Positions 9,746 through 22,800 of a DNA stretch of 53,020 bases are shown here, piece by piece; positions within the stretch are counted from its first letter, which is position 1; every line of letters begins with the position of its first letter. The stretch spans positions 1-53,020 of IMG/VR virus record IMGVR_UViG_3300043419_000168; one strand, given 5' to 3'. The notes under the pieces were generated by a model. That model was not told the origin of the DNA. It searched no databases and worked only from the letters and a program-made list of their open reading frames with translations. Origin of the DNA: a virus (lineage: Duplodnaviria > Caudoviricetes). Both the position numbers and the translations under genes were made by a program.

Positions 9746-10138
9746 ATGGCACGTAATACAAGAATATTCTCTGATTTAGACCTCAATTTCACTGCTCACC
9801 CAGTGACTAAGGACATTACTCGTAGATATGACGAGAATGCGATTAAGACCAGTCTAAAAAACCTAATTTTAACATCAAACTATGAGAGACCATTTCATAG
9901 TGAAATTGGTTCTCCAATAAAGCGTTTATTGTTCGAGCCAGCTACACCTATGCTAGAGAACTTGATTCAACGAGCAATAGTTGATGTTGTGACTAACTTC
10001 GAACCACGTGTTCAGTTAATAGATGTTAATGTTCAGTTAAGTCCAGATACAAATTCACTGTATGTGACAATAGAATTTAAAATAGTTAATACCGAGAGTC
10101 CTTTAACTCTTGACCTAGTATTAGAGAGAACCCGATAA
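9746..10138 (+). CDS. gp25: Baseplate wedge subunit gp25
   Basis: FSDLDLNF, AIKTSLKNLILT, ERPFHSEIGS, FEPRV. Start moved from 9695 to the ATG at 9746 (MARNTR), which follows the PAAR stop and a late promoter motif. Confidence 0.92.
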   Translation: MARNTRIFSDLDLNFTAHPVTKDITRRYDENAIKTSLKNLILTSNYERPFHSEIGSPIKRLLFEPATPMLENLIQRAIVDVVTNFEPRVQLIDVNVQLSPDTNSLYVTIEFKIVNTESPLTLDLVLERTR

Positions 10139-11967
10139 TGGCAAATAAAAAGATCAATGTAACCGAATTAGATTTTGATAAAATCAAGGCTAATCTAAAG
10201 ACGTTTTTACAAGGACAAACAGAATTTCAAGATTACGATTTTGAGGGATCTGGTTTATCTATTTTGTTAGATGTGTTAGCATATAATACACACTACAATG
10301 CTCTTTATAATAACCTAACAATAAATGAGATGTTCCTTGACTCTGCCAGCAAAAGAAACAGTGTAGTTTCTCTGGCTAAGATGCTTGGTTATGTTCCAAG
10401 ATCGGCTAAGTGTTCAGAAGCGTCTCTACGCATAACTGTAAATAATGGGGTTTTAGGACCAAGCAGTTTAACACTACCAGCATATTCTACATTCAACACT
10501 ATCGTTGATGGAACTTCTTATACGTTCCACACTACAGAATCTTATACTATTTCTGGTTCTGGAACATCATACACATTCGATAATGTTAAAGTAGTTGAGG
10601 GAACACCACTATCATTTAAGTATACAGTTGCTTCTGGTGCAAGATACGTAATTCCTAACGCTGATGTTGATTTGACAACATTACGTGTTAAAGTTCAAGA
10701 ATCTGCGTCTTCATCTATATATGAAACATACATTAGTTCTTCTTCTATAACTACAGCTGATAAAGATACTAAAGTATATTTCGTTAAAGAAATCGACGAT
10801 GGTCTTTACGAATTAACATTCGGTGATGGGATTATCGGTAGACAATTATCAAATGGTAATGTTATCCACATCGATTATTTCACATCAAGTTTAGATGCGC
10901 CAAATGGTGCACGTTTGTTTACGTACACTGGTCCAACTCTATTAAGCAATTCAACTGTTAATATCACATGCTTGAGTATTGCTCAGAGTGGTTCTTCCGC
11001 TGAAGATATTGAAAGTATCAGATTTAACGCACCAAGAACTTATGCTGCCCAAAACCGAGCAGTAACTCCAGAAGATTATAAGGCGATTATCTACTCAGCT
11101 ATGCCAGAAGCTAAAGCAGTTTCTGTTTGGGGTGGCGAAGATAATAATCCACCTGTTTATGGTAAAATTTTCGTGTGTATTAAGCCACGCGATGCAAGCA
11201 AATTGACTCAGTTACAAAAAGCCAATTTAAACTCAACAATATTGGCAAATAAAAACGTAGTTTCTGTTATACCAGAAATCGTAGATCCTGAGTTTATCAA
11301 TATCTCTTTGGATGTTAAAGTATATTTCAACGAAAGAGAAACTACGAGAACTGCTGCTGAGATTGAAACTATCGTAACAAATACAATATTTGATTATGAT
11401 GATTCAGACCTACAGAACTTTGATGGTGTATTCAGATTCTCTAAACTATCTCGCTTAATTGACGAGTGTGAGCAGGGCATCCTAAATAATATTACAACAG
11501 TAACTATCAGAAGAAAATTACAACCAAGATATAACGTCTCAGCCCAGTATCTATTGAACATTATTAACCCAATTTATACTGCGGGTTTACCAGAGGGTGC
11601 TGTTACTACAACTGGATTCTATATTGCTGGATCTGACGATATACATTATATCGATGACGATGGTGTTGGTAACCTTCGTTTATTTAAGTATGGAACTAAT
11701 GCCACAAAGATTATTGTTGATGAATCTATTGGATTTGTTTACTACGATAAAGGTATTTTAGATATTAGAAATTTACATATTGTTGCTTTGGCTGACATTG
11801 ATTTTGAAGTATCTATCAAACCAAGTTCTAATGATGTTGTTTCAGCATTAACTCAAATTGCGCAAATCGCAAGAGATCACTTAACAGTGACAGCGATTGC
11901 AGATAAGTCAGCTAATGGTGATTTACGTGGTGGTTACAATTACACATTCTCTCCAAGTAGAACATGA
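10138..11967 (+). CDS. gp6: Baseplate wedge subunit gp6
   Basis: LDFDKIKANLK, DYDFEGSGLSILLDVLAYNTHY, FGDGIIG, AQNRAVTPEDY, VWGGEDNNPPVYGK. Confidence 0.95.
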   Translation: MANKKINVTELDFDKIKANLKTFLQGQTEFQDYDFEGSGLSILLDVLAYNTHYNALYNNLTINEMFLDSASKRNSVVSLAKMLGYVPRSAKCSEASLRITVNNGVLGPSSLTLPAYSTFNTIVDGTSYTFHTTESYTISGSGTSYTFDNVKVVEGTPLSFKYTVASGARYVIPNADVDLTTLRVKVQESASSSIYETYISSSSITTADKDTKVYFVKEIDDGLYELTFGDGIIGRQLSNGNVIHIDYFTSSLDAPNGARLFTYTGPTLLSNSTVNITCLSIAQSGSSAEDIESIRFNAPRTYAAQNRAVTPEDYKAIIYSAMPEAKAVSVWGGEDNNPPVYGKIFVCIKPRDASKLTQLQKANLNSTILANKNVVSVIPEIVDPEFINISLDVKVYFNERETTRTAAEIETIVTNTIFDYDDSDLQNFDGVFRFSKLSRLIDECEQGILNNITTVTIRRKLQPRYNVSAQYLLNIINPIYTAGLPEGAVTTTGFYIAGSDDIHYIDDDGVGNLRLFKYGTNATKIIVDESIGFVYYDKGILDIRNLHIVALADIDFEVSIKPSSNDVVSALTQIAQIARDHLTVTAIADKSANGDLRGGYNYTFSPSRT

Positions 11968-13787
11968 TAACTAGACCAAGAATTTCTTCACTTGTAGCGA
12001 GTCAGTTACCTGAGTTCGTTAGAGAAGATCATCAGACGTTCGTCCAATTTTTAAAAGCGTATTATGATTATCTGGACGGAGAAACTCCAGATATCAAAAC
12101 ACTAAGAGATTTAGATACAACTCTAGAATCTTTTATTAAACATTTTAAAAATGAGTTGGCAGTAAATCTACCAACCACTGTTGTTTCTGAAAGATTTTTA
12201 TTACAACACATTAAAGAACATTACTTAGCCAAGGGTTCAGAAGAATCATTTAAGCTGCTGTTCAGATTGTTATTTAATAAAGATGTTACTGTTGAGTATC
12301 CATCTAAACAGATGCTCCGTGCTTCTGATGGTAAGTGGAATCAAGACGTTTCTATTATATGTAAAGTTTTAACTGGCCACCCAGACGAGGTTGTTGGTAA
12401 ACTAATTGACGTAATCACACCAAACAGAATCATTCGTGTTTTAATTGACAGACGTCAATATGTTGAAATTGAAGTTGAGCGTGTAGTTGAAATCGCTCCA
12501 GATATCTATGAGTTTTATATTGACCGTAGATTCTTCGGTGACATTTCTATCGGCGACAGACTTCGTTATCAAACAGATGACATTTATTTCACTGCAGAAA
12601 TATTAGCGACAACAGCAAAATTAGATATATTGCAGGCTGGAACTGGATTTAGAGTTGGACAACTATATCCTATCAGAAATGGTAGAGGATATGGTTCTAT
12701 TATGAAAGTCACTAAGGCTAGTTCTGAGGGTGGTATATTATCAGCTGAGTTTATTAAGTTCGGAACTGGTTATTCTACAGATTTCACATCAACAATTTAT
12801 GCTGACTTGGGACAATCGTCAACAGGTACTGGTGGAACTACATTACAAGTCATTGGTGGTAATATTTCTATTAGTGAAACCACTGATGGTTTTTCTGAAT
12901 CAGGAACATTAAACAGAGCAGACTACGCTTTAACTGCTATTGATGGAACATATGCTGGTGAAGTTTTAAGAGAATTCGGTAATCAAGAAGCAGCTATTGA
13001 AAGTCCATTTGAACCAGCAGTAATTAAAGTTTCTCTTGGACCTCTTGGTAAATATCCAGGTTATTACATCAATAATGATGGTTTCTTGAATGACGCTATT
13101 TTTATTCAAGATAGTCGTTACTATCAGGCATTCTCATATGTACTTAAGATTGACGAGCTTCTAGATTCTTATAAGTCATTAGTGAAAGCATTAGTTCACC
13201 CAGCTGGTATGGCTGTATTTGGTGAATATGATATTCGTAACGAGTTTGATATCGGATTAGAATTAGAATCAATGATTAAAATTCTTGCTGTTACTGAGCA
13301 AGAAGAACAGTTTATCGAAGACTCTATTTCAGAGATTTTCTTGACTAAAGGCTTTGAACATAGTGTTTCTTTATCTAATGATTTTATTTCGACTAAAGGC
13401 TTGCATAAACCTTTAGCAGATACTACATCATACTCAGACGAAATTTCAAGAAGAGATTTCGGTAAATTATTAAACGGTAATGGCGAAGCAGTTCTGTTGG
13501 GTGATGATGGTATTCAACAGAAAGATTTCGGTAAATTATTGACAGATATTCAATTAATGTCTGACAATGGTAATGGGGCATTTAAGAGAGATTTCGGTAA
13601 GTTACTAGAAGATATTCCTGTTGTTATAGAGACGCCTTACCTAACTGTGACTAAATATATTGACCCTGCAATTTCTGGTGTTGACGAGACTATACCTGTC
13701 GATGCTGGCGGTTTTATGATTATAAACCCTTATGCTGACGCTGGTTGGTTCTTAGAACAATACGTCGGCGAACCAATCAATTTTTAA
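11964..13787 (+). CDS. gp7: Baseplate wedge initiator, gp7-like
   Basis: QLPEFV, YLAKGSEESFKLLFRLLF, LRASDGKW, IQDSRYYQAFSYVLK, LVHPAGMAVFGE; follows gp6. Confidence 0.78.
   Translation: MITRPRISSLVASQLPEFVREDHQTFVQFLKAYYDYLDGETPDIKTLRDLDTTLESFIKHFKNELAVNLPTTVVSERFLLQHIKEHYLAKGSEESFKLLFRLLFNKDVTVEYPSKQMLRASDGKWNQDVSIICKVLTGHPDEVVGKLIDVITPNRIIRVLIDRRQYVEIEVERVVEIAPDIYEFYIDRRFFGDISIGDRLRYQTDDIYFTAEILATTAKLDILQAGTGFRVGQLYPIRNGRGYGSIMKVTKASSEGGILSAEFIKFGTGYSTDFTSTIYADLGQSSTGTGGTTLQVIGGNISISETTDGFSESGTLNRADYALTAIDGTYAGEVLREFGNQEAAIESPFEPAVIKVSLGPLGKYPGYYINNDGFLNDAIFIQDSRYYQAFSYVLKIDELLDSYKSLVKALVHPAGMAVFGEYDIRNEFDIGLELESMIKILAVTEQEEQFIEDSISEIFLTKGFEHSVSLSNDFISTKGLHKPLADTTSYSDEISRRDFGKLLNGNGEAVLLGDDGIQQKDFGKLLTDIQLMSDNGNGAFKRDFGKLLEDIPVVIETPYLTVTKYIDPAISGVDETIPVDAGGFMIINPYADAGWFLEQYVGEPINF
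13452..13606 (+). repeat. Three imperfect repeats encoding (R/K)DFGKLL
   Basis: AGATTTCGGTAA(A/G)TTA recurs at ~13454, ~13523 and ~13589 (spacing 69 and 66 bp). Confidence 0.7.
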
Positions 13788-13799
13788 TAGGAGATACTC

Positions 13800-14243
13800 A
13801 TGGATTTAAATGAAAATCTAAAGATGAAAGGCGAATTATCTATCGTCGTTCGTGGTGAAAATGGACAAGTTAAGAAGACTCTCCATGTTCCAAACTTAGT
13901 TGTTACAGTTGGTAAAAACTACATCGCTTCACGTATCGTTGGAACTGCTTCCAACATTATGTCTCATATGGCTATTGGTACTGGCACTGCAACTCCAGCA
14001 GCTGGTGATACAACTCTAGGTACTGAAGCTGGTCGTGTAACTTTAGCTTCTGGCACATCTTCAAACAACACTGTAACTTATACTGCTACATTCCCAGCTG
14101 GTACTGGTACTGGTGCTATTACTGAAGCTGGCGTATTTAATGCTGGATCTTTAGGTACTATGCTTTGCCGTACTACATTCCCAGTTGTTAACAAAGCAGC
14201 TGGTGACTCTATCGCTATTACTTGGGTTGTTACAGTAAGCTAA
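13800..14243 (+). CDS. Putative virion structural protein (baseplate/collar-like)
   Basis: NLVVTVG, HMAIGTG, GAITEAGVFN, VNKAAGDSIAITW; SD AGGAG; upstream CTAAATA at 13651. Confidence 0.65.
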   Translation: MDLNENLKMKGELSIVVRGENGQVKKTLHVPNLVVTVGKNYIASRIVGTASNIMSHMAIGTGTATPAAGDTTLGTEAGRVTLASGTSSNNTVTYTATFPAGTGTGAITEAGVFNAGSLGTMLCRTTFPVVNKAAGDSIAITWVVTVS

Positions 14244-14263
14244 TTTTTCCGTAAAGAGATACA

Positions 14264-16834
14264 ATGGCAAATTCATCGCTATTAAAATCATCATTGCACA
14301 ACTCCATTGCTGAGGGGTTGTTCAATGAGATTCAGACACGTTCTTCTCGTTATTACTACTTTTTAGGTAAAACTTTAGAGTGGTCAAACGAAGTTACTCC
14401 ACCATTTCCTATTGATAGTTTCGACTATGAGTTGCAAACTCGTAATGAAATTATTACTATGAAAGAAATTAAATCCACCGACGTAGCGTTTATTGTTAAT
14501 CGTGTTGATTGGGTTTCTGGAACTGTGTATGATATGTATGATGATAATTATGATGATGAACTTGACGGTATCAATTTAATTTCTGGTGGATTTGGTTATG
14601 CCGATCCTCCTACAGTGACAATCACTGGCGGTGGTGGTACTGGTGCCACAGCAGTTGCTTCTATCGTAGAAGGTGTTGTTATTGATATAACAATAACGAA
14701 TGCTGGTCGTGGTTATACATCAGCACCAACTGTCGCATTAACTGGTGGTGGTGGCGAAGGTGCTTTAGCTCAGGCTGTTATATCAAAAACACCATCTGGT
14801 GTTCAAAGAATGGAAGACGCAAACTTCTATGTTATGACAGACGAATACAACGTGTATAAATGTCTAGATAATAACTTAGGTGCAGAATCTACATATAAAC
14901 CAGTAGGTACTACTGTCGATCCAGTTATTATGCCAGATGGATATATGTGGAAATATTTGTATAGTATTCCAATCGCATTACGTAATAAGTTTTTAACAGA
15001 CGTGTATATGCCAGTAGTTACTGCTCTTCGTGGACAGTTCTACTCTAATGGTGGTATCGAAACTGTTCAAATTTTAAGTGGTGGACAAAATTATACTTCT
15101 GCTGCGATAACTTTGCAGGGAGATGGTAATAGAGAAAGTGATCCTCTATTCATAACAGGAACTACAATTACTTCTGGTGGCAGTTCTTATACTGGCGGTG
15201 CAACTGTTGAAATAGATCCACCGATCTCATCAAATGCGTGGATTGATGGAACTACAGTTCTTCTCGGTCAAAAAGTTAATCACAATGGTAACATTTACGA
15301 AGTGACATTACCAGGTGTTTTAGACACACCTGCACCTACTCACAGAATGGGTATCGTTGCTAACGGAACTGCTGCGTTAAAGTTCATTGGTGCAACTGCT
15401 AGAGCTGAAGCTATTGTTACTGGTGGTGTTGTTACTGCAGTAAACTTAATTGGTGGCGTAAGAGAAGTTAATATGACCAATGGTGGTTCTGGTTATACAT
15501 CAGCACCTGCGGTAACTTTCTCTGGTGGGTCTGGATCTGGTGTAGTTGCAACTGCGGTTATGATCGGAACTTCAGTTTCTCATGTTGTAATTTCAAACTT
15601 TGGTGATGATTTTACTTCTGTGCCAACTGTAGTTTTCGGAAACCCGTGGGCAGCAACAACTACATATACAGTTGGCCAGCAAATTTTCCAATCAAATAGA
15701 TTATATACTGTTACTGTTGCAGGAACTACAAGTTCAACCCCACCGACACATACTTCTGGTGCAGTTCTTAATGGTACTGCAGAATTGACTTATGCAGGAG
15801 AAACTGCTTCTGGTGTTGCAGTATTACGTTATGGTTATGGATACTCTGCTTTACCAGACGTTTTAATTCAACCAGTTTCTGGTGGTTCTGGCGCAGCATG
15901 TTATTTCTCTGGTGTTAAATCTGAAGCTAAGTTAATACCAAGAATTCAAGATGGTCAAATAGTTGGTGTTCAGATTGATGATCCAGGTGTTGGTTATACG
16001 TATGCTAATATCTCAGTTACTGGTGATGGTATTGGCGCAGAACTACAGGCAGACTTATCTCCTGGCGACATCAATACTCTACAAGCCAACACTGAATTGT
16101 TGACACCAGATGGTAGAATTATGTCATATAAAGTTACTTCTGGTGGTTTCGGATACGCAGCAGCAACTGTAACTATCGAGGGTGATGGTAATGGCGCAGC
16201 AGCTGAGGCTGTCATTGAGGGCGGTAAGATTGTTAAAATTAGAGTAATTAATTATGGTACTGGATATCGTTGGGCAAGAGTAACTATAACTGGTAACGGA
16301 TACGGAGCTAAGGCTCGTGCTATCATTACTGTTTATGGTGGTCATGGTAAAGATTCTATCAATGGTTTATATTGCAGAACATTGATGTTTTACACTAACG
16401 TCTCTAAAGATAAAAACCAAGGATTCGACGTAAACAACGACTTTCGTCAGGTTGGTATTATTAAAAACCCAAGAAAATATGGAACAACATATAAATTAGA
16501 TTCAGCTATTGGATCTGCATGTTGGGTTGTTACAGGAAGTATTAACACAAGTAATTTTGAACAAGACATGATTATTCGTTTAGCTTCAAATAATGCAAGA
16601 TTCAGAATTGTTAATTTGACAGCTAACTCTGCGTTACTGCAATCATTGGATAACGCAGCCCCTACGATTGGTGGGGTTATGGTAAATGAAAGTGCGCAAA
16701 CATTTGGTATCGCTGGTGTAACTGCTCCAACAGCTGATAAATATTCTGGAGATTTATTGTTTATTGATAATAAGCAAGCGTTTACACCGACACAAGACCA
16801 AACAGTTACACTACGAACTGTTATTAAGTTCTAA
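14264..16834 (+). CDS. gp8: Baseplate wedge subunit gp8-like with inserted Gly/Thr-rich and CBM-like modules
   Basis: [60 protein letters not shown]. Confidence 0.85.
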   Translation: MANSSLLKSSLHNSIAEGLFNEIQTRSSRYYYFLGKTLEWSNEVTPPFPIDSFDYELQTRNEIITMKEIKSTDVAFIVNRVDWVSGTVYDMYDDNYDDELDGINLISGGFGYADPPTVTITGGGGTGATAVASIVEGVVIDITITNAGRGYTSAPTVALTGGGGEGALAQAVISKTPSGVQRMEDANFYVMTDEYNVYKCLDNNLGAESTYKPVGTTVDPVIMPDGYMWKYLYSIPIALRNKFLTDVYMPVVTALRGQFYSNGGIETVQILSGGQNYTSAAITLQGDGNRESDPLFITGTTITSGGSSYTGGATVEIDPPISSNAWIDGTTVLLGQKVNHNGNIYEVTLPGVLDTPAPTHRMGIVANGTAALKFIGATARAEAIVTGGVVTAVNLIGGVREVNMTNGGSGYTSAPAVTFSGGSGSGVVATAVMIGTSVSHVVISNFGDDFTSVPTVVFGNPWAATTTYTVGQQIFQSNRLYTVTVAGTTSSTPPTHTSGAVLNGTAELTYAGETASGVAVLRYGYGYSALPDVLIQPVSGGSGAACYFSGVKSEAKLIPRIQDGQIVGVQIDDPGVGYTYANISVTGDGIGAELQADLSPGDINTLQANTELLTPDGRIMSYKVTSGGFGYAAATVTIEGDGNGAAAEAVIEGGKIVKIRVINYGTGYRWARVTITGNGYGAKARAIITVYGGHGKDSINGLYCRTLMFYTNVSKDKNQGFDVNNDFRQVGIIKNPRKYGTTYKLDSAIGSACWVVTGSINTSNFEQDMIIRLASNNARFRIVNLTANSALLQSLDNAAPTIGGVMVNESAQTFGIAGVTAPTADKYSGDLLFIDNKQAFTPTQDQTVTLRTVIKF

Positions 16835-16873
16835 TAAATATAGTAGTAATCAACTTATAGATAAGAGCAAAGA

Positions 16874-19800
16874 ATGATCGATTTCAATACAGAACCGTAT
16901 AATGACGATTACGACGAGAATCAGAAATTTTACCGTATTCTATTCCGTCCAAGTTTCGCTGTGCAAGCCCGAGAGCTTACTCAGATGCAAACTATTTTAC
17001 AGAAACAAATTTCCCGTCATGGTGACCACGTATTCAAACAAGGTGCAATGGTTATCCCAGGACAGATCTCTATCGATAATAAAGCACAGTATGTTAAGCT
17101 AAACCCATTATATGCTGGTGTTGCGGTAGAAACATTCTTATCCAACTTAGAAGGTAAGATCCTTGTTGGCAGTAGCGGTCTAAAGGCAGAAGTTATTAAA
17201 ACTCAAAGCCAAGAAACTACAGAACCAACAACAATTTACGTTCGTTATAAGAACTCTGGTACAAATACAACAACAAAAACATTTGCTCCTGATGAAGTTA
17301 TCACAACAGAAGATTCAGTATATTCTGTTCAAGTATCTCCATTAGAAACAACTCCGACTGGTGTCGGTTCAATTGTAACAATTCAACGTGGTGTTTACTA
17401 CGTTAACGGACACTTCGTTTTAGTTGATACTCATTCTTTAATTTTAGAAAAATATTCTGACACACCATCATATCGTGTTGGTTTGGCTGTTCAAGAAACA
17501 GTTATAACTCCAGAGGATGAAGATAGCTTATTAGACAATGCTCAAAACAGTTATAACTTTGCTGCTCCAGGTGCTCATCGTTATTTCATTGATTTAACAT
17601 TGGCTAAGTTACCTTTAACTTCAGTTGAAGATAAAGACTTTATTGAACTTCTTCGTGTTAACGAAGGTGTTAATCAGAAACAAGTTTCTAAGACAGAATA
17701 TGCTGAATTAGAAAAGACTTTAGCACGCAGAACTTACGACGAATCTGGTGATTACACTGTTCGTGAGTTTGCAATCGATGTTCGTGAACATCGTAATAAT
17801 GATCGTGGCGCATGGACTGGCACTACATCATTCCTATTGGGCGACGTAGTTACTAATGCTGGTAAAACATACGTAGCTAAAAATAATGGAACATCTGTTT
17901 CAATTGCACCGACACATACTTCTGGCACTGCATACGATGGTCCAGGTTCTACTGGTATTAACTGGGAATATAACGAGAACCCAGTTTATAATCGTGGTAT
18001 CTTCAGAACAGGCGATGTCAACAAATTAGCTATTGGTTTGGAGCCAGGAAAAGCATATGTTCGTGGTTACGAAATTGAAAAGATTTCTACAGAATATGTT
18101 GCTGTAAATAAAGCACGCGATTATGTTCAGGCTGATAATGCGTTCGTTACTGCAACAGTCGGTAACTTTATCTACGCAACTAACCTTAATAATCTACCTC
18201 CAATCAATACATTTGACACAGTAGATCTATACAATAGAGTTACTGGATCAGCTGGTCGTGGAACTGCTGTTGGTACTAAAATTGGTACTGCCCGTGTTCG
18301 TTTTATCGAATGGGATAACGGAACTATCGGTTCAGCTTCAGCAGTGTGGAAAGTTTCTCTATTTGATGTTAAATTAAACTCTGGTTACACTTTCGATCGC
18401 CATGTTAAATCTGTATTCTTTAATGGTGGTTCTGCAGCTACAAGTTTTACTGCAGACGTTAATCCAATAACAACTCAGTTAATTGGATCAGTAACTGCTG
18501 CGGGAACTACAGTAACTGGTACTGGAACTTCATTCCAAACAGATTTAATCGTTGGCGATTATATCTCTGTTGCTGGTGGATTATATCGTGTTACTGCTAT
18601 CGCTTCTCAAACATCATTAACGATTGATGCTTCTTTAACTACAACTGGTGCTACATATAGCTTAGTTGAAACTAGATTGATCGAGTCTGATAAAGATAGT
18701 TTAGTATTCTCATTGCCATACTATGCTATTCGTTCTTTAAGAAGTTCTCTTGGAACTAATGATACTTCTTATACAGTTTACGAAAGATTCACAGGAACAA
18801 CTTCTTCCTTATCTGGCGGTAACTGCACATTAACAGTATCAACATCATCTGGTTCTATGGCATCAGGTGCTGTTTCTGGTAACTACATTTTGATTGACAA
18901 TACTACTGGTGATGTTGTGTTACCATCTGCCATTGTTCCATCTGGTGCTTCTGTTACATTTACGATCCCAGGAGCTTATGCATCAAGACCATTCGTAGTT
19001 ATCGGTGCTGTTAATAAAACTGGTTCTACAAATACTGAAAAAACTAAAACTCTTAACAGTGCAACAGTAACATTTACTACTCAGGCTACTGCAACAGCAA
19101 CTACTTTGTCTCTAGGTAAGTCTGACGCGTGGAGAATTGTTTCTATTAAAATGAAGTCTGGAACATTCGCAAGTCCAGGTTCTACTTATGACATTGATAT
19201 TTCAGATCGTTATAGTTTCGATAATGGTCAACGTGCCACTTATTACGATCTAGGTAAAATTAACCTAAAAGATACATTCGTCCCACCATCAGCACCAATC
19301 GAAGTTGTGTTCGAATACTTCACACACTCTACTGGTGACTACTGCTCTGTTAACTCATACCCATCTGAAGTTTCTTACAATGATATCCCAGCTGAGTTGC
19401 GCGATTCATTAGACTTCCGTCCACGAATTGATGATGCAGGAACAACATTCACTGGATCTGGTTCTGCAGTATTAGTACCTAAGCGTGGTGCCGATGTTAG
19501 AACAGACTTCACTTACTACCTATCAAGAAAAGAAAAAGTTGCTGTTGATATCAATGGTAACTTCTTTAGTATTTCTGGAACATCTTCTTTAACTCCTGGA
19601 GAGCCAGAAGATCCAGCTACTGGCATGGTTCTTTACAAGTTAACACTTGAGCCATACACATTCGGCACTTCTTCAGAGAACGTAACTATTTCTAAAGTAG
19701 ACAATAAACGCTACACAATGCGTGATATCGGTAAGCTAGAAAAGCGTATCGATAACTTGGAATACTACACTTCATTATCATTGTTGGAGCAAGAAACTCA

Positions 19801-22800
19801 GTCATTGAAGATTTCTGATTCAACTGGTTTAGATCGTTTGAAGAATGGTTTCATTGTTGATAACTTCTCTGGCCATGGTGTTGGTAATGTATCATCACCA
19901 GACTATAAGTGTTCAGTTGATATGGAGAAAGGCGAACTACGTCCATTCTTCACAATGACCAACGTAAACTTAATCGAGAAGAACTCGAACGACACACAAA
20001 GAGAAGCCAGCAACTACGCTCAATATGGTGATGTTGTAACATTACCAATTCTTGAAGATGTTGTTTTAGTTAAACAAGAATTTGCTTCTCGTTTAGAAAA
20101 CATTAACCCATTCGCTATCTTCACTTTTATCGGTGACGTTAAGATGAACCCAGCTGCCGATGAGTGGTTCGAGGTTGATCGTCGCCCAGATATTGTGAAT
20201 AATATTGAAGGTAACTTCTCAACAATCGCTACACTTGCTGAAAAAGCTGGTGTTCTTGGAACTGTTTGGAACTCATGGCAGACTCAGTGGTCTGGAGTTC
20301 CTGTATCTCAAGGAGTTAGAGGTCTTTCTCGTAGCGAAATCGTTTCACGTTTCGGTAATGGTCCAGCTCGTCAGGTTACAGCTGAGTTCTTCGCAACTGA
20401 AATTGGTCAATCAAGAACTGGTGTTAGAAGTTCTGTTGTAGCTAAAGTTGATAAGCAAGTAGTTGCTGATCGTGTTTTATCTACTGCAGTTATTCCTTAC
20501 ATTCGTTCAAGAAATGTATTAGTTCAGGTTCGTGGTCTAAAACCACAAACTCGTTTCTATCCATACTTCGATAATATCGATGTTTCTTCTTACTGCACTC
20601 CAGCATCTAAGATTACTTACACTGGAACTCAAGCGTTCGACTTTGAAAGTAATGTTGGTGGTACTGCATCAGAAACTGCTCGTAGAATCGCTGGTGATTC
20701 ACAAGTATGTTTGAACAGAGGTGATGTTATCACTGGTGTTACTTCTGGAGCTACAGCGGTTGTTGTTGGAACAGAACTAGACCCAGATACTGGTGCTAAA
20801 GCGTTATTGGTCGTTAACATTATTGGAACATTCCAAACTAACGAACAGATTACTGGTTCTATCACTAACTCAACTGCGACAATCAACTCTGTGTCATTAG
20901 CAACAGTTGGTGGAACTTTAACATCAAATAAGAATGGTAACATTAACTTACTATTCAACATTCCTAACACTGATGCGGTTCGTTTCCGTACTGGTTCTCG
21001 TGAGTTCAAGTTAATCGACAACTCAGTTGCAACTGGTGATTACACTTCTCGTGGTCGCTCAAACTATAGAGCTGAGGGTATTATTGAAACTCGCCAGTCA
21101 TTGGTTAACGCAGTTCGTAACGCAGAAATTGCTCAAGAAGTTGTTCAAGATTCTCAAACTATCATTGAAACTTCTCAGCGTGTTATTTCTGATACTGGTT
21201 GGTATGACCCTCTTGCTCAAACATTCTTGGTTGAGAATAAGGGTGGCGCATTCTTGACAGCTGTTGACATTTTCTTCGCTTCTAAAGATTCACAAATTCC
21301 TGTGACTTTAGAGATTCGTGAAGTTGTTAATGGATATCCAGGTAAGCGTGTTCTACCATTCTCACGTGTAACTCTTAACCCAGAACAGATTAACTTGTCT
21401 ACAACTACAGTAGATCTAGATGGTGTTGCTACTCCTAAGTATGACACACCTACACAATTTAGATTCACTTCTCCAGTTTATGTTCAGGACGCTGGTGAAT
21501 ATTGTATCGTCTTGCAATCTGACTCTAACAAATACAAGTGCTGGATTTCTCAGGTAGGTGATGCTGTTCCAGGAACATCTAGAACTATTTCTGAGCAACC
21601 GTATGCAGGTTCTTTATTCAAGTCTCAGAATGCTTCTACTTGGACAACTGATCAAACACAAGACTTGAAGTTTACTATCCATCGTGCTAAGTTTGATACT
21701 TCAGCTGTTGGAACAGTTCAGTTCGTAAACGATGTTCTACCATATAAGTCTTTAGTGGCTGATCCATTCCAGACTACTACTGGTTCTACAATCGTTCGTG
21801 TATGGCATGATAACCATGGCTTGGTAGCTGGTTCTAAAGTTATTATCTCTGGCGCAACTGGAACTCTAAACGGAATTCCTTCTGCTCAGCTAAACGCAAC
21901 ACATACTGTTGCTAACGTAGATCTAGATTCTTATACGATAACAGTTACTACAGCTGCAACAGCAACTGGTTATGCTGGTGGTTCAACTATCCGTGCAACT
22001 GGTCAGGTTCAATATGATGCTGTTTATCCAATCGCTCAGGTTCAAAGTTTCTCTGAGACATCTGTAAACTACTCAGTTAAAACAACTTCTGGTGCGTCTG
22101 TTGATGGAACTCAAACTGCCTACATTCAGGATGTGAGTTTCGGTGATTGCTTGGCCAATGAAAATAATTACTTCTACAGCCCTCGTTTGGTTGCTTCTGA
22201 AGTGAACGAAAATAATTCTCTTGGTGGTAACAAGTCTGTTACATTCGCAGTTAACCTATCTTCAACTAATGACTCTTTGTCTCCAGTTTTAGATACACAA
22301 AGAATGTCGCTAGTTGCTATTTCTAATAGAATTAACTCTCCTACACACGCTAACGTGGACGTAACTCCAGTAGATTACACAACACTGTTTACTGGTGCGA
22401 CTGGAGCGTTTAGCTTCTCTGGTTCTACAATTACATCAACTAATACTACTGTAAGAAACTTAATTTCTACAATTGGTATCGGTCAATACGTTAAGATTGA
22501 GTCTGCAACAACTTCTGGTAATAACGGACAATTCTTAGTAACTGATTTGACTGATGATGGAACAACAGGAACTATAACTGTATCTGGTGTAACATTCACC
22601 AGCGAAGCAGCTGTTACTGGAACTACAGTATCAACTGTAAACTTGTTCACAGATGAAATTGCACCGATTGGTTCTTCGACTGCTTCTAAGTATGTAACAA
22701 ATGCAGTTAAATTGGCTCTTCCATCAACATTCGTGAAGATCCGTTTTGCAGCTAATGTTCCTTCTGGAGCAGACGTTGATGTTTATTATAAAACTTCTCT

